NCBI RefSeq assembly: GCF_009834535.1
Contig: NC_045697.1
Coordinates: forward strand, 37,636,001-37,700,000
Direction: 5' to 3'
DNA length: 64,000 nt
Source of the DNA: Camelus ferus
Lineage: Eukaryota
Shown here one piece after another: positions 49,892-61,950 of the stretch (its first letter is position 1; the number at the start of each line of letters is the position of its first letter). The notes beneath the pieces were generated by a model. That model ran no database searches and was not told the DNA's origin. It saw nothing but the letters and a program-made list of their open reading frames with translations. A program made the translations under genes and the position numbers.

Positions 49892-49942
49892 ATTTTTTTC
49901 TAAAAAGGAGCCATTTTTTTCTAAAAAGGAGCCATTTTTTTC
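49892..49942. repeat. Perfect tandem duplication, 21-bp period
   Basis: ATTTTTTTCTAAAAAGGAGCC twice, then ATTTTTTTC. Confidence 0.95.
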
Positions 49943-51067
49943 ATTTTTAGAAAAGCGGAAGAGGGGCAGGCAGGCAGGGAGTGAGTAGTCAGGGAGCTGC
50001 TCCTTTTTCTTTGCTATGATTCTTGCTCTATAGACAGAAGAAAATGCTTCTATAAAAACTGATTAAACAAAGATCCCAGTAGTAATGGAATTTTACAGGA
50101 TATCTATATTAAGTGGTTTCTAAATCCTTCCAAAATAGGTCGGAAATGTCCAGGTTCCTGAAGTTGCAGATTTCCTTGACTGAATTTGCCATGGCCTGTT
50201 CATGGCTAGAGTGGCCTGTTTGGGATTCAGCAAGGGATGCCCAAATGCAGCAAGCATTGCTTCCAAAGACACTCAGACCGAGAGGCCATTTCGGAGGATA
50301 AGATCTCCAAATGGACATCTCAGAGGATCTCATCATTCTTACCTAGCTCAAAGAATGTTTTCTTTGTGGCCCTAAAAAGGATACATGGGGGGAAAAGTCC
50401 TCTGTACTATCAACTCCAGGAAGGCAGAAACCTATTTCTCTCGCTCACCATTTTATCTCCAGCATTTTAGTACAGTGTCTAGCACAAAGTAAAGCCTGGT
50501 TAAATATTTGTTGAACAAATGAATGAATAAATGATGTTCTCTCTTGTTGGAAATCCTGGAATAAATTTCAGAATAAGTGATCCACACATTTCAACTGCCC
50601 TCTCTACTCAGCATCAGTGGAAACAACTTCCAGCAAGGTCTTGATTAAATATAGAATTTTATATCATTGTCCAAATGGTTAATATGTTTTTCCAGTAAAA
50701 GAACAACCAAAACTGTGACTACTATTTATTGAGCGAGTACTATAAAGCTGGGGACCATGTTAAATGCCTTACCTTGTTGCCTATCCTTGCAATAATCCTG
50801 AAAGGTAAACATGAAAATGAGAAAACCCGTGCTTAGCTAAGATAAACAATTTACCAAATGATATACTGCTAGTAAGACCCAAAGCATTCAAATACATGCT
50901 GCCTGGCTCCAAAGCTTATTTACAACACTTATCATAGGCTAAGGTGCACGTGCTCTGTGCAGAATACCACAGAAATAAATGTGGGAGACTATCATGTAGT
51001 TAGGACGCTTTTCCCCGTGTGCATTTATGGAGAATCTGCTCTTGGCAAACACCAACTGTAGACCATG

Positions 51068-51093
51068 GTGTGTGTGTGTGTGTGTGTGTGTGT
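51068..51093. repeat. (GT)13 microsatellite
   Basis: Pure GT run. Confidence 0.95.
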
Positions 51094-51814
51094 ATAGTAA
51101 CTGCCTAAACAATTAAAAGAAGGAAGGAAGCACATCCTCCCTGGCCTTTGGCCTCTTCCTTCCTCACCCTCTAGTAAATACAAGACTGTCCAAACCAGAA
51201 AGCTCTTCCTACCTCTAGTAGAAATAGTTGCCCCAGCATTATTATTCTTGGTTTTTTGTTTTGCTTTTTTTTTTTTTCAAAGTATCTGTTCTCATGAAAG
51301 GACTACTCCTAGGGGGCTGTTGTTCTCCATACCCCTAATGGACACTCCTGAATGCTGTTGCTTTCTCCAGTGGAGGTCTGTTTGAACACTGGATGTGTAT
51401 ACATGATCCTGCTCTGATCACAACCATCCCTAAACAATAGCACAAGAATAGTGCCCATATGAGGACAGAGGAATCACTGACCTGGGAAAGAAGCTCACCC
51501 TGCAGAGTCAGGAAGTAGCTAAAATTTCTCTTCAGTGTGATCCACCACTCCTGGTCAGTGTCCCTCTTCTCCATGTTGAAAACCTTCCTACCTAGCTGGG
51601 ACCTTGTTTAGAAATGAGTATCTACCAATACATGGGTCAGAGTTAGGACAAGTGATTTCTAGGTCACCATCAAAATGTCAAGCTGTTGCAAATAGACTCT
51701 CATGTTATACAAGTTCAGTATTGTAAATCAGAGATCTATTCTGGAAAACACATGGCATATCATTAGATACAGAAATTGATCAAAAATAAAAATTAAATCA
51801 AACTCCTATATATT

Positions 51815-52260
51815 TTCTTTTTAATGTAAGGTATGTCATAATTCAGAATAGTGCATAAGATTTCTACATACAGTTAAAATAGTAATTATAAAGCTAATAT
51901 CCATCTTGAAACCCAAATCCCAAAAGAGATCTACTTCTGAGAACAATGACCTAATTCAAGAAATTGAATGTAGTCAGTGTTCCTGAAAGTCCCCACATGA
52001 CTCTCCCAAATCACATTCCCCTGCTTCCTCATCAGAGTTAGTCACTCTCCAAGTTTTAGTGATAAAAAAAAAATTCCTGATTGACTTCTGTAGTTTTAAT
52101 AAGTATGTACATGCTCCAAAACAATATAATTTGGGTTTGCCTGTCTTGGGACTTCATATAAATGGACTTTGACCACAAGCACTAACCATAAGTATCCCTT
52201 TGTCACTTACATCTGTCTTACAACAGTACATCATAGGTTTCATCCATGTTGTTGCTCAGT
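51815..52260 (-). mobile_element. Old L1ME-type 3' end, antisense
   Basis: CTCCAAAACAATATAATTTGGGTTTGCCTGTC...ACTTCATATAAATGGA...TTTCATCCATGTTGTTGC. Confidence 0.6.
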
Positions 52261-52699
52261 TAATGCTTTAAAACATTAATTTTGAGCTATTTTGTACATA
52301 TTCACCATTAAGAAAAAACATTTTTAATATATTGGAATAGGTGGACAGCAGGCCTTCTCTTTTTTTCTGGCTAAATCTCCAAACAGAAGGCATGGGTATT
52401 CTTCATTGCTACACACTGTCTGGAACATTTTTGTTGTACATTGGACTTGCAGAGATGTCTTTAAAAAGAAAATGTTAGGAATGCTGACTTCGTTCTTTCT
52501 CTCTCTTCCTATTCCTCCTTTTCCTCCTTCATCTCCTTCTTCTTTCTTTCCTCCTTAGAGATCACTGGAGATCATCTTTGAGGCTACCTACCGCAACCCA
52601 TTTGACTTGTTCATGGTTTGTGGGGATTGTTTGAGCCACAAGTCACCGATGAGGAGAAGAAAGCACAGAAATGTAAACTACCTTAATGCCACAGAGAGA

Positions 52700-53330
52700 A
52701 CCGAAAGATAAGAGACATGAAAGAAAAATCAAGGAGATCTGGAAGGTAGAGCAAAAATCCCCTATCTCCAGTCCGTCTCGTAGAAATTCCAGAGAGAACG
52801 GAGAGCAGAAGAGAGGCAACATTCAAAGAGATTACAGCTGCGAATTTTCTAGAGTTGAAGAAATAAATGAGACCTCAGGATGAAGGAGCACACCAGGTCC
52901 TGAGCAGTATAAATAAAAATCAATCTACACCTAGGCTCACTGTGATAAAACTACAAACATCATATTCAAAAAGTGAAATCTTAAAGCTGCAAAGGAGAAA
53001 AACCAGTTATCTCCAAAGACACAGCAGTTAGACAGTAGACATCAGCAACAAAAGGTATCGGAAGGTAATGGAATAATACATTCATTATGAAAAACTGTTA
53101 AGAACAAATTGTATAACTGGCTGGACAATCATTCAAAATCAAAGGTGAGGTAAAGACATCTTTAGACTAACAGAGGTGGAAGAAGTTTTTAATGCATGAA
53201 TTCTCATAGAAAAGAATGGATGCAAGAAAAAAATTGAAACCAGAAGTAAGAAATGAATGAATGCATAAAGTAACACTAAACAAAATATTGGTAAATATAT
53301 TATTAAATCTAAATAATAATAACTTTTTTA
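52700..53330 (+). mobile_element. Old L1/HAL1 ORF1 remnant
   Basis: GAGGCAACATTCAAAGAGATTACAGCTGCGAATTTTCTAGAGTTG...ATCTACACCTAGGCTCACTGTGATAAAACT...AAATCTTAAAGCTGCAAAGGAGAAAA. Confidence 0.7.
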
Positions 53331-53944
53331 AAAATACTAATCTTAGAGAATTTAAATTCTAGTTAATATGGAAGATGAAGACTGGAACAGTTTTAAATTA
53401 ATGCATTCTACATTCCTGTGTCATTTAAGAGGAAACTAGAAATAATGACTAATGTTTTACTTTGTTCAGAACAGACAGATTTTCTTATAGAGCATTATTT
53501 TTAAGTATACCTTTTACATAAAAATTATTTTTATGTTTCCTGATTTTAAAAATAATAGTATCATGTAGGCATTGCACAATAAAGCTCAGATAGCATACGT
53601 AATTCTTCAGTGCCTTGAAGTCTCATAAGACTTTAACTTTTGTAGGATTAGTATATTTTGAATATTTCATACTTGTGCAAAATGATTTAAATCATATTTT
53701 GAAAACTTTATTTCCACAAAAAGAGATTAAATCATTAAGAGTTGAATATTCATTCTGAAAATAGTTTCACATTTTGAGAGGTGTAAGTTGAACTTTTAGA
53801 AGTTTCCTGCTATAATCTGGAATGAGAGTCAGAACACCTCAACTTTCTATGTGATCCTAAGGATGTCACTTGAACTCTCAGAAAGTTTGTTTTCCACATC
53901 TGAAAAATAAGAGTTAGGTAATCTCCAACCCTTCCAGTAATATG

Positions 53945-54935
53945 TTTTTAAAGTATTTAGATTGTTTCCAAACATTTTCTGTCATAAAGGATGCTGCCAG
54001 CAACATCTTAGTGAAGATAGCCTTCTCCTACTTTTGTTTAATTCTGATTAATTCCTCTGTATGAATTCCCAGGAACAGGATTAGTGGATATAAATATTTT
54101 TAAGGCTTTTGATACAACTGACCAGATACATTCGCTAAATTGCTTTCCTGAGGCACTGCCCCACTCGTATCACTTGATATTGGCAGCAGTTATGAAAGGC
54201 TTTAAAAATACTCTTAACCTTAAGTCTGCCACTCCACCTTTAGGAATAGATCTCTAAAAGAAAGAAAAAAGTGACACCACTATGCTTAATAAATTAATAT
54301 TCATAATGTAACAAACATGGGTAAAAACCAAATGTCAAACAACAGGTGACTGATTATTATCATACATTTAATAATGGAATACTATGTGACCACCAAAAAT
54401 CAAGATTTAGAAGAGTATTTACTAACACGGGGAAATGTTCACAGTACATTTATAGTGAAAAAGCAGATCTACAAAACACCACGCATAAGGGGGAGGGTAT
54501 AGCTCAGTGGTAGAGTACGTGCTTAGCATGCACGGGTCCTGGGTTCAATTCCCAGCACCTCCATTAATAAATAAATAGTTAAATAAACAAACCTAATTAC
54601 CTCCTCCCCATGCATATCATTATGCAAAAAAACACCATATATATCCACATCCCATTATATCCTTATATATCTATTTGTACTTATACATACAAATATACAC
54701 ACATATGTATACAAAATACATGTCTCTGTGTTATTAACATTTAGTCTCTATATATATTCTAAATATACACATATATACTAAATATGTATAAAATTATTTA
54801 TTATATGTATTTAAAATATATATGGTTAAAACCAAATAAGAATAATGTTAGGTACAAAGTTATAAGTGATTTTAATTTCCTGAATTTTAACAATTTTGTA
54901 CAAGGAACATATATTACTTTTATGACTTGAAAAAA
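53945..54935. mobile_element. Two old L1ME-type fragments head-to-head (minus ~53945-54170, plus ~54180-54935)
   Basis: Minus: TATTTAGATTGTTTCCAA...ATTCCCAGGAACAGGATTAG. Plus: CCACTCCACCTTTAGGAATAGATC...ATAATGGAATACTATGTG...ATATATTACTTTTATGAC. Confidence 0.55.
54489..54628 (+). mobile_element. tRNA-Ala-derived SINE (camelid Vic-1 type)
   Basis: GGGGGAGGGTATAGCTCAGTGGTAGAGTACGTGCTTAGCATGCACGGGTCCTGGGTTCAATTCCCAGCACCTCC plus AAATAAACAAACCTAATTACCTCC tail; TSD AAAACACCA(CGCATA/TATATA) at 54473- and 54629-. Confidence 0.9.
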
Positions 54936-56165
54936 AGGCAGTAAAAAGAAAGATAAAACCAAACAAGTCACTCCAGTTCACCTCATCACTCACAGTGAAT
55001 GGTCTCCCTCATCCAGACTTGATTTTCCTTCATAATAAACCCAGTTTACTCAGGCACACGGTCCAGTGCTTCAATGGCAAAACCATGGGCTTCAACCACC
55101 CAACTCTTGTTGTGTGGGGTCATACATTTGCTTTCAGTTTAAACCAGTGTTTCTTTCACTGTGAATCAGAATTGCTAGGGAGTTCAAAAACTACTGAACC
55201 CCAGGATATTCCAAGGTCAAGCCAAGGTTTTCAGGGGCAAACCATCTGAGTCAGAGTTTTCTGTTCACTGCACCTGAAAGCATTTTGACAGGTAAATGCA
55301 TCTTTGCAGACATCTCCATCGTTGTTTTCCTTAAATCTTCAAGGCAGGGATTTGCTTTGGGGTTTTCCCACATAGGTTCCTCCTGGGCTGAGTTCTTTGC
55401 CTCTAAATTGCACCACTACTGATGTCTGTTTCTTGGGGACCTAACAAAACCCATCCAAAGCCTGTTCCATGGGATTTTGCACATTCGTAACACATTAAGG
55501 ACCAAGGATGTGAATGGATCTACTCAATCATTCCAAAATTTTTATTTTGTGTTTTCAAAGAATGTTTTGTGAAGAGTTATCTTTAATACAACAGTTACAC
55601 TGTATTTCAGTCAGTGTTGACTTTAGGTATAACTATCAAATGAAAGCAGTATTTGAATATCTTATGTTTTTGGTTGGTACATTGTGGAAAGTTTGGGGCA
55701 CTAGGATCTACATATTCCACTTTTATAAGTTGCCAAGAAGCTTCAAAAAGTTTTTTTTCATGCAAGTGTATTCATAAAATCATTCTTAGTAAGGAAGCTG
55801 TTATAAATAGGACCTGCTTAAAAGACTTCAATAAGCTCTTGGAAATTAAATCTGCCAGAGCATCAGTTCTCAATACAGACCATCAAAAGCACCGCGTCTG
55901 CACAGTTGGTGGGTACAATGGAGAGGGAGGAGGAGGGGGATATCAGTATCTCATGAGATACAAAGTGAAAAAAAAAAAAATTCAGAGAACCGCAAATACG
56001 AATGACAACTTTCAAACTGACCCACCACTCTATCCATCCTGGCGCTAGAAAGCAAGCTGGTCTGAGGAGGGACAGCCCTGCACCTTTCAGGGACTAACCC
56101 TTCCCAGGGGTGGCTGTACAATTAACGCGAGTTGCGGGCTGCCAGTAAAACTTAATAAGCTGGGC

Positions 56166-56179
56166 CCACAAGATGGCAG
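56166..56179 (+). promoter_or_regulatory. Candidate CTCF binding site
   Basis: CCACAAGATGGCAG fits the CTCF core and lies in non-repetitive sequence. Confidence 0.4.
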
Positions 56180-57639
56180 GGTCACTGTGGGAACCTGGTC
56201 AGGCCCACCACACTACTGATGGTTTTCATGCCATTAAACAGCAAGTAAGTTAATAATTGTGGTGGTTTATCTCAACACTCCCTGCTGCTTTTAGTGCTTA
56301 GCTCAAACGTGATGCTCATCAGCTTCTGCTGGTAGCAAGAGGGAGAGTTTTATCAGGAAATGTAAAGATCACTTTGTGATGATCATTTCGCCTCTGGGCA
56401 AGGCTACCCTAAGTGTCCCCACAAAGCTCTTGGTGGACGTTATCTCCTGAAAGCTCTGGAAATGAGTACCATGGTGTTTAGTGCCTGCTCCGCTCCACAC
56501 CCCACACACTTTTTTAAAAAATTTAATACTGGGCTGTCTTAAATCACACAAAATGGCAGTTGATAAGATATGGAGGAAGCTGTGTTTTTGTCTCAACCTT
56601 GCCCGGACTCTCTCCTCCAGTCCCACTTGGTTCCGGCTGGCCACAAAGCCACTTATGTTCTTGTCGTCCTAAGTCTACTGCACAGACTCCATTATCTGGT
56701 TCGCTAAATGCTCAAGGCAGTCATACTGTCCCCTCGGATGGACTCAGGACTTTACATACAGTGCAGGATCTAAGGAAGACTGTGGACTAAGAACCCCAGC
56801 AGGCAGTGGAGGTCAGCAGTAGCTTAAGACTAACTTTTAATGAACAAGAGATGTCACTTAAGAGAAATCATTAGAGCTTCTACATAGGGTGAATCAGTCT
56901 CTAGGAACTGGCCATCACAAATCAGAGGGTGGAAAATGTGGCCAACATCCTTTTAAAGAGAGCAGTTACATCACTAAGCCGTCACATCACAATTTGCCTC
57001 AGCAGGGGATACATGTCGGATTCTCAGATCAGACCTTGTCAGTGTTCAAGTATTTCTGACTGGAAGATGCATAGAGGAGACCAGAAGAGAAAGAACGTCA
57101 CCTCGCTGAAATGTCACTGGCCAATCGCTCACCCTTAAGCATCTTCTCCTGCCAAGCACAGAAAAGCCTCAGAGCCTGACTATTGGAGTGCTAGCTGGCT
57201 AATTCAAAGGAAAAAGACTTTCCTTAGATTTTGCTTAAAAATCCAGAATTTTAACTTGCAATGATTTCCTCGCCATCCCATCCCAACTGCTGGCTATTTG
57301 CCTGAGAAACCGTGTCTCTATAAAATTTGAAGACACTCAGAGACATAATTACAAGTGTTTTCATTGATTGCTTTGTTCTGATGCCATCTCAAAAATTCCC
57401 AAACAACATAAAGTTAACTATGACAGAAAAGCCCCAGATGAGTTTACAAAGGTCAGGCTAAACGAGGCTGACAAAGAGAGCGGGCAGAGAAGAGCATATT
57501 GTAATGGGCTCTCCCAGCCTGTTTTTCTAATGCATCTTATTTTGGGTTGATCTTAATACTGATTGGAGTCTGAAGACTGACAGATTTCTCCACAAGCCTA
57601 ATGACAAGGTGTTCCTAACGAGTCCTAAAAATATTGACT

Positions 57640-57830
57640 ATGAGTTTAAGCACTTGAATCAGCTTCTGGGCTTAAAACCTGGATGCACTCCTTCTTACTA
57701 ACTGTACAATTTTGTACAAATAAATTCACCTGCCTAAACCGCAGTTTCCTCATCTGTAAACTGGTGATGATGTTAGTACCCGGCTCACAGGGTTGTCATG
57801 AGAACTGCATTGGGTAACAGATATGTAACA
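57640..57830 (+). mobile_element. MIR
   Basis: CCGCAGTTTCCTCATCTGTAAACTGGTGATGATGTTAGTACC...CACAGGGTTGTCATGAGA. Confidence 0.8.
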
Positions 57831-59414
57831 GACACATATGTATGCCCTGTCGGGCATCCACCTGGTTGTTCTGGACGGGTGCTTGGCCTCACCGAGATCA
57901 GGTGGCAACCTCATGCCACTGTACCAAACCCTGTGTTAGCAGGAAACACTGAGTGGACTGGCTGCTGTATGGAGCTTTGGTAGGACTTCTTCAGAGCCTC
58001 CCTCGGAGATGACTCTTTCGCCCTCCCGCTATCAGGGAAACAAATGGACCCCCCCACCCTCCTCCCCGGCAACCCAGGTCCTTCCTCCTCTGGAGCCTAG
58101 TGGCTGCTGATGCTGCAGAAAGCTCAGCCTCTTGATCCATCATCAGTCATCATTATCATGATCTGGCAGGAAGAGATACCTGCCCGCGGTCCCCCCTGGG
58201 GGGGCCTCACCGTAATTGACGAACCAGCCACACACGCCCCTTCCTCACGACTTAATATGCTCAACAGCTACTCACACCCCTGTAGGGATTACACTTTACA
58301 TTGTGCAGCTTTACGGAAACAAACCCTGGGCTTCCTCAGATTCCCTTAAACAGCTCCTTATCTCTGAGGGGGAGATCCTTATCAGGGCCAGATGGGAGAG
58401 GGCCTGTGCTGGTGCCAAGTGACCCCAGGAAAGCCTGGGGCCTAATCAGTCTGCAGGCCTGAAGAGGGGCCTGAACAGAGTCCCAACCTGAACCAGCTGG
58501 GAGGCCAAAGCCAAGGGAGGAGGCTTCCTCCCTGCCTTCTGTCCTCCATAAACCTGTCAAAGACCAAGTCTGGGCCAAGATGACCCACATCAGCTCCTCT
58601 TTGCAGGTGACCAGGGCTTCCTCTGTTGACCTTCATGCAACACGGAGCTTGAGCTTGCAAATCCCAGGAGACGACTGGGCACCTTATCCAGAGTCAAAGT
58701 GAAGCCTTGGCCCTCTCCAGGGTGCTGTGGAAGGACTGTTTTGGTAGTAAGACGGCTTTTTCACTCATGAGCTAGCCAAGCCCCTCCAACCCCCAAAGAA
58801 ACAAATCAACACTACTGGTTTCCTTTTGCCGAGATGGCAAGGTAGACCGAGGTGGGAGAAGCAACTCACTTCCCACACAGTCTTCTCAGGGTTTGGGGGA
58901 TTCCCAGCCTTGACAGGCACTGAAAACACTTCTTTCCCTGGGTTGTAACAACTCAGTTAAAGGCCTCGTCTTAAGGATCCCTTGGGGGAGGGCTGCAGCC
59001 CACTGTAAAGGGGCCCGGGGGCCAGAGGGGCCCTGCTGGAGTTTCCCAGGCTGTGACTCACAGGGCCGCTTCCCTGCTCGCCCCAGCCTGGACTCCAGCT
59101 CCTCGGCCACTGTGTCTCGGCGCCTCTTCCTGTCTCCAGGCCGCCCAGGCCCCTGGACAAAGCAGAAGTCTGGAGTCCACGGCAAATACTGAAGTGTTGT
59201 GTATATATTTGGGCGTCATCTGTGGAAGCAGCTATTTTGAAAACAAACCAAAAAAAATAATAATAGTAACTTCCCTGCCCTCAGAAGAACTTGGTGAGCT
59301 CTTCGAAGTGTCTGCTTGAACGATTTGAGACTGAAACCTTGCTTTTCACCTCTTGAAAAAAGAAAGGAAGACACAGTACATTCTTTTTCACTGATCCATG
59401 ATAACAGGTAAGGG

Positions 59415-59640
59415 AATGCTGAGTGCTTATATGCTGAGCACTGTGCTAAGCACTTACATCCATTACTTTAAATCATCCTTAGAACCACCTTTTGAGATGT
59501 GTACTGCTGTTATCTCCATTTTATGAATGAGATGAGAAAACGGAGGCTCAGAGAGGTCAGTAACTTGCACATGATCACACAGCTAGTATATGGTGGAGCC
59601 AGGATCCAAACATGGGTCTGTTTTACTCAAGAGCCCAGCT
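59415..59640 (-). mobile_element. MIR, antisense
   Basis: CTGAGTGCTTATATG...CACTGTGCTAAGCAC...ATGAGAAAACGGAGGCTCAGAGAGGTCAGTAACTTGCACATGATCACACAGCTAGT. Confidence 0.85.
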
Positions 59641-60344
59641 TCCTGGTCTCTAATATTCTGGGCTGAAAGGGAACTTGGAGACCAGCTGATCCCACTGGTG
59701 CTTTGGTCCTCAACTCCTCATAATTCCTTAACACCTCTCCGACAGCCTTACAGAACAATCTCCACTTACTCCAGGGAAGGGAGAATCTGTGAGGCGTAAA
59801 GGAATGGGCATGTGATGGGAAATCAGATGCCCCAGGGTCTGCCATTCCCATGGTTTCTATCCATTGGTCCAATTGCCCTTTGGGAACAGCAAAGAAAGTC
59901 AGAATACTTTCCATGGGAGCCCCTTCATATACTAAAAGTGATCCCTTGCGTATTCCCTTAAATCTTCCCCAGTCTAACTAGTTCCAGTTTCCCAGCCATT
60001 CTTTATGTAAGGCCACCCTGGTCACCTTCCCGGGTTTGCTGCAGCTTGTTCTCTCTTAGGTGTGGTTGCAAGAATGGAGTGTCAAAATCAAGTTGGTGTG
60101 ACCAGCTTGGAGACAGTGGGACAGCCCCCTCCCCTGATCTACACATACTTATCTGGTTACACAAAGTAAAATTTCCCTCACCTCTTTGGAAACTCCAGCA
60201 TACCCTGAAAAAACAGTCAACAAAAACCCATAAGATTTTTTTTTTTTTTTGCTCTTGCTGGTACCCAGGAAAACAGACTAAAATGCCAAAAATCAATTTG
60301 CTGAGAGCCAATGAGCTAAAATGCTGTTTACCGACTGGCCGAGT

Positions 60345-60468
60345 GTATTGTTGTATTCCACAGACACTGAATGCCCGTGCTTGTCCAGACACTGTTCTGG
60401 ACACTGGAGATAAAGCAGTGAACAAAATAGACAAAAATTCTTGTCTTGGTGAAGCTAACATTCTTAGC
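60345..60468 (-). mobile_element. L2 3' fragment, antisense
   Basis: CCAGACACTGTTCTGGACACTGGAGATAAAGCAGTGAACAAAATAGACAAAAATTCTTGTC...GAAGCTAACATTCT. Confidence 0.75.
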
Positions 60469-61319
60469 ATAATGGAATTGCTCCAGCCACTTTTGAGTTC
60501 TTCTGATTGCTTTGAATGTCATTTGAACAGTGCTTCAATTGGCATATGTCTTAATTTTGAATTTCTGGCAGTTAGTAAGAAAAATTCAGCATCTCATATC
60601 GATGGGATTAATTTGGATCTCTTTAAGGAATTTACATATAAATGGCAAATATGTAATACAATCTTATGCTGAAATTGATGAATTTGAATAAATCATTGAA
60701 AATGATTAAATATATTCATGGGATTTAAGCTTATGTCCACCAACTTTTGAAAAACTGAACTTTCCATAAAATGAAAGACATGAGCGAAAATCAGTCTATG
60801 ACATGTTCACAGAAATCTTCAATACAAACTGACGTAAACTTTATAAATGATTCTAAAAGTCTGAGGTCTATTGATAAATTTAATTTGATGAGTTAATCAT
60901 TGGGCAAACTGGCCATCTGACAAAATTATTTTTAGCAGATTGGTCAGTCCAGCTGATTTTAGCAAACTGACATTTATTAACCAATTTAAAGCTATTGCTA
61001 AGCCATGGTGCTCCATTCCAAAATTTGTGCAGAAAAATCAAATTAATTTATTGGAGTCAGCCTTTGAATCCTGACCAGGGCACTTTTCTGAATCCTGACT
61101 CTGCCATACTACAATCCTCCCAGGAACATGGCATCCAGCCACTATTCCTCATGCCGTGAGTCCTCATGACAGTCCTCAAACCTAGTGGACCAGGGACAGC
61201 AGAGAATTCCACTGGAGACCTCCACCCAGTTTGTCAGTGGTAAGTTAATTAACAATCTTTGAGAACTACCTATTATTCAACAGGTTATAAACCTAACTTC
61301 TCTACCACCAGCATCATCA

Positions 61320-61950
61320 TAAAAAAATAGTTACCTTTAGTGAATACTTTCCACTTACCAGGTAGTATGGTGGGTGCTTTCCATAAATACCTCATTTAAT
61401 CCTCATCCAGCTGAGGAAAGTAAGACTCAAAGAGGTTAAATAACTTGCACAAGACCAAACGGCTACTAGACAGTGACCCACTTTCTTCCCCTTGCAATCA
61501 GATGTTTATTGTAACACTAAGCTTTCACATTTGGTCAGAGTGGATTTGTCTTATAGATAAAGCTGCCTGAAAGATGGGGCTATTGAAGCCAACACTTATT
61601 AAGACACTGAAAGGTAGCCGGCCACCTTCACATGTACCTTTTATTTGGTTGGTTGATTTCTCAGAAGACGAGTCAGCTCACTGCCCCCCATCAGGAGAAA
61701 GGATCCCATCCTGGTTCCTATCTCAAACATGAACACGTCCCCAGTGTGTAAGCAGACTGTGTTCAATCCTGGCATGACCTTGCCTATTGCAGGAGCTTCA
61801 AATCTTAACTGCAGTCTTCACTTGTACCATGGTGAGAATAACACCTAACACGAGCGCCCATGGCAAGGATTTAATGAGATAATGTATGAGTACCTTGCTG
61901 AATGCCTGGCATATGGTAGATGATCGACAATCAACATTAGTTCTCTGCCC
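61320..61950. mobile_element. Two MIR fragments (minus ~61320-61480, plus ~61760-61950)
   Basis: CTCATTTAATCCTCA...CTCAAAGAGGTTAAATAACTTGCACAAG; AGGATTTAATGAGATAATGTATG...TGCCTGGCATATGGTAG. Confidence 0.65.

Larger units (their letters stand above)
46418..49892 (+). mobile_element. Old L1M (L1ME-like) ORF2 plus 3'UTR with internal deletions
   Basis: Endonuclease-region motifs (AAAGTAGACTTTAGGACAAGG, CATAGAATATACATTTTTTTCAAG), RT-region motifs (GAAAAAGTATTTGACAAAATTTAA) and 3' end (GACCCAGCAATTCCACTCCTAGGTATTT...GTAGACTCTAGGTGGAGGG...CATATTAAAATACTGGGAAAA); no open frame. Confidence 0.85.

Noticed and set aside
46418..49892. Potentially active L1 ORF2
   Set aside because: Riddled with stops, frameshifts and large deletions.
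54489..54563. Apparent tRNA-Ala(AGC) gene (also at ~31626 and ~33170)
   Set aside because: The extra 5' GGGGA, AT-rich tail, TSDs and stem-breaking changes show these are SINEs, not tRNA genes.
56373..56453. Box C/D snoRNA-like pattern (GTGATGA...CTGA)
   Set aside because: Only a 3-bp terminal stem, no clear C'/D' boxes and no recognisable rRNA/snRNA guide; expected by chance. The same applies to the ATGATGA...CTGA pair at ~6748-6852.
60046..60672. Longest ORF in the track (208 aa) and its antisense partner 60003-60470
   Set aside because: Non-ATG start; runs through a poly-T tract and an L2 fragment; no recognisable domain. Most likely a chance frame.
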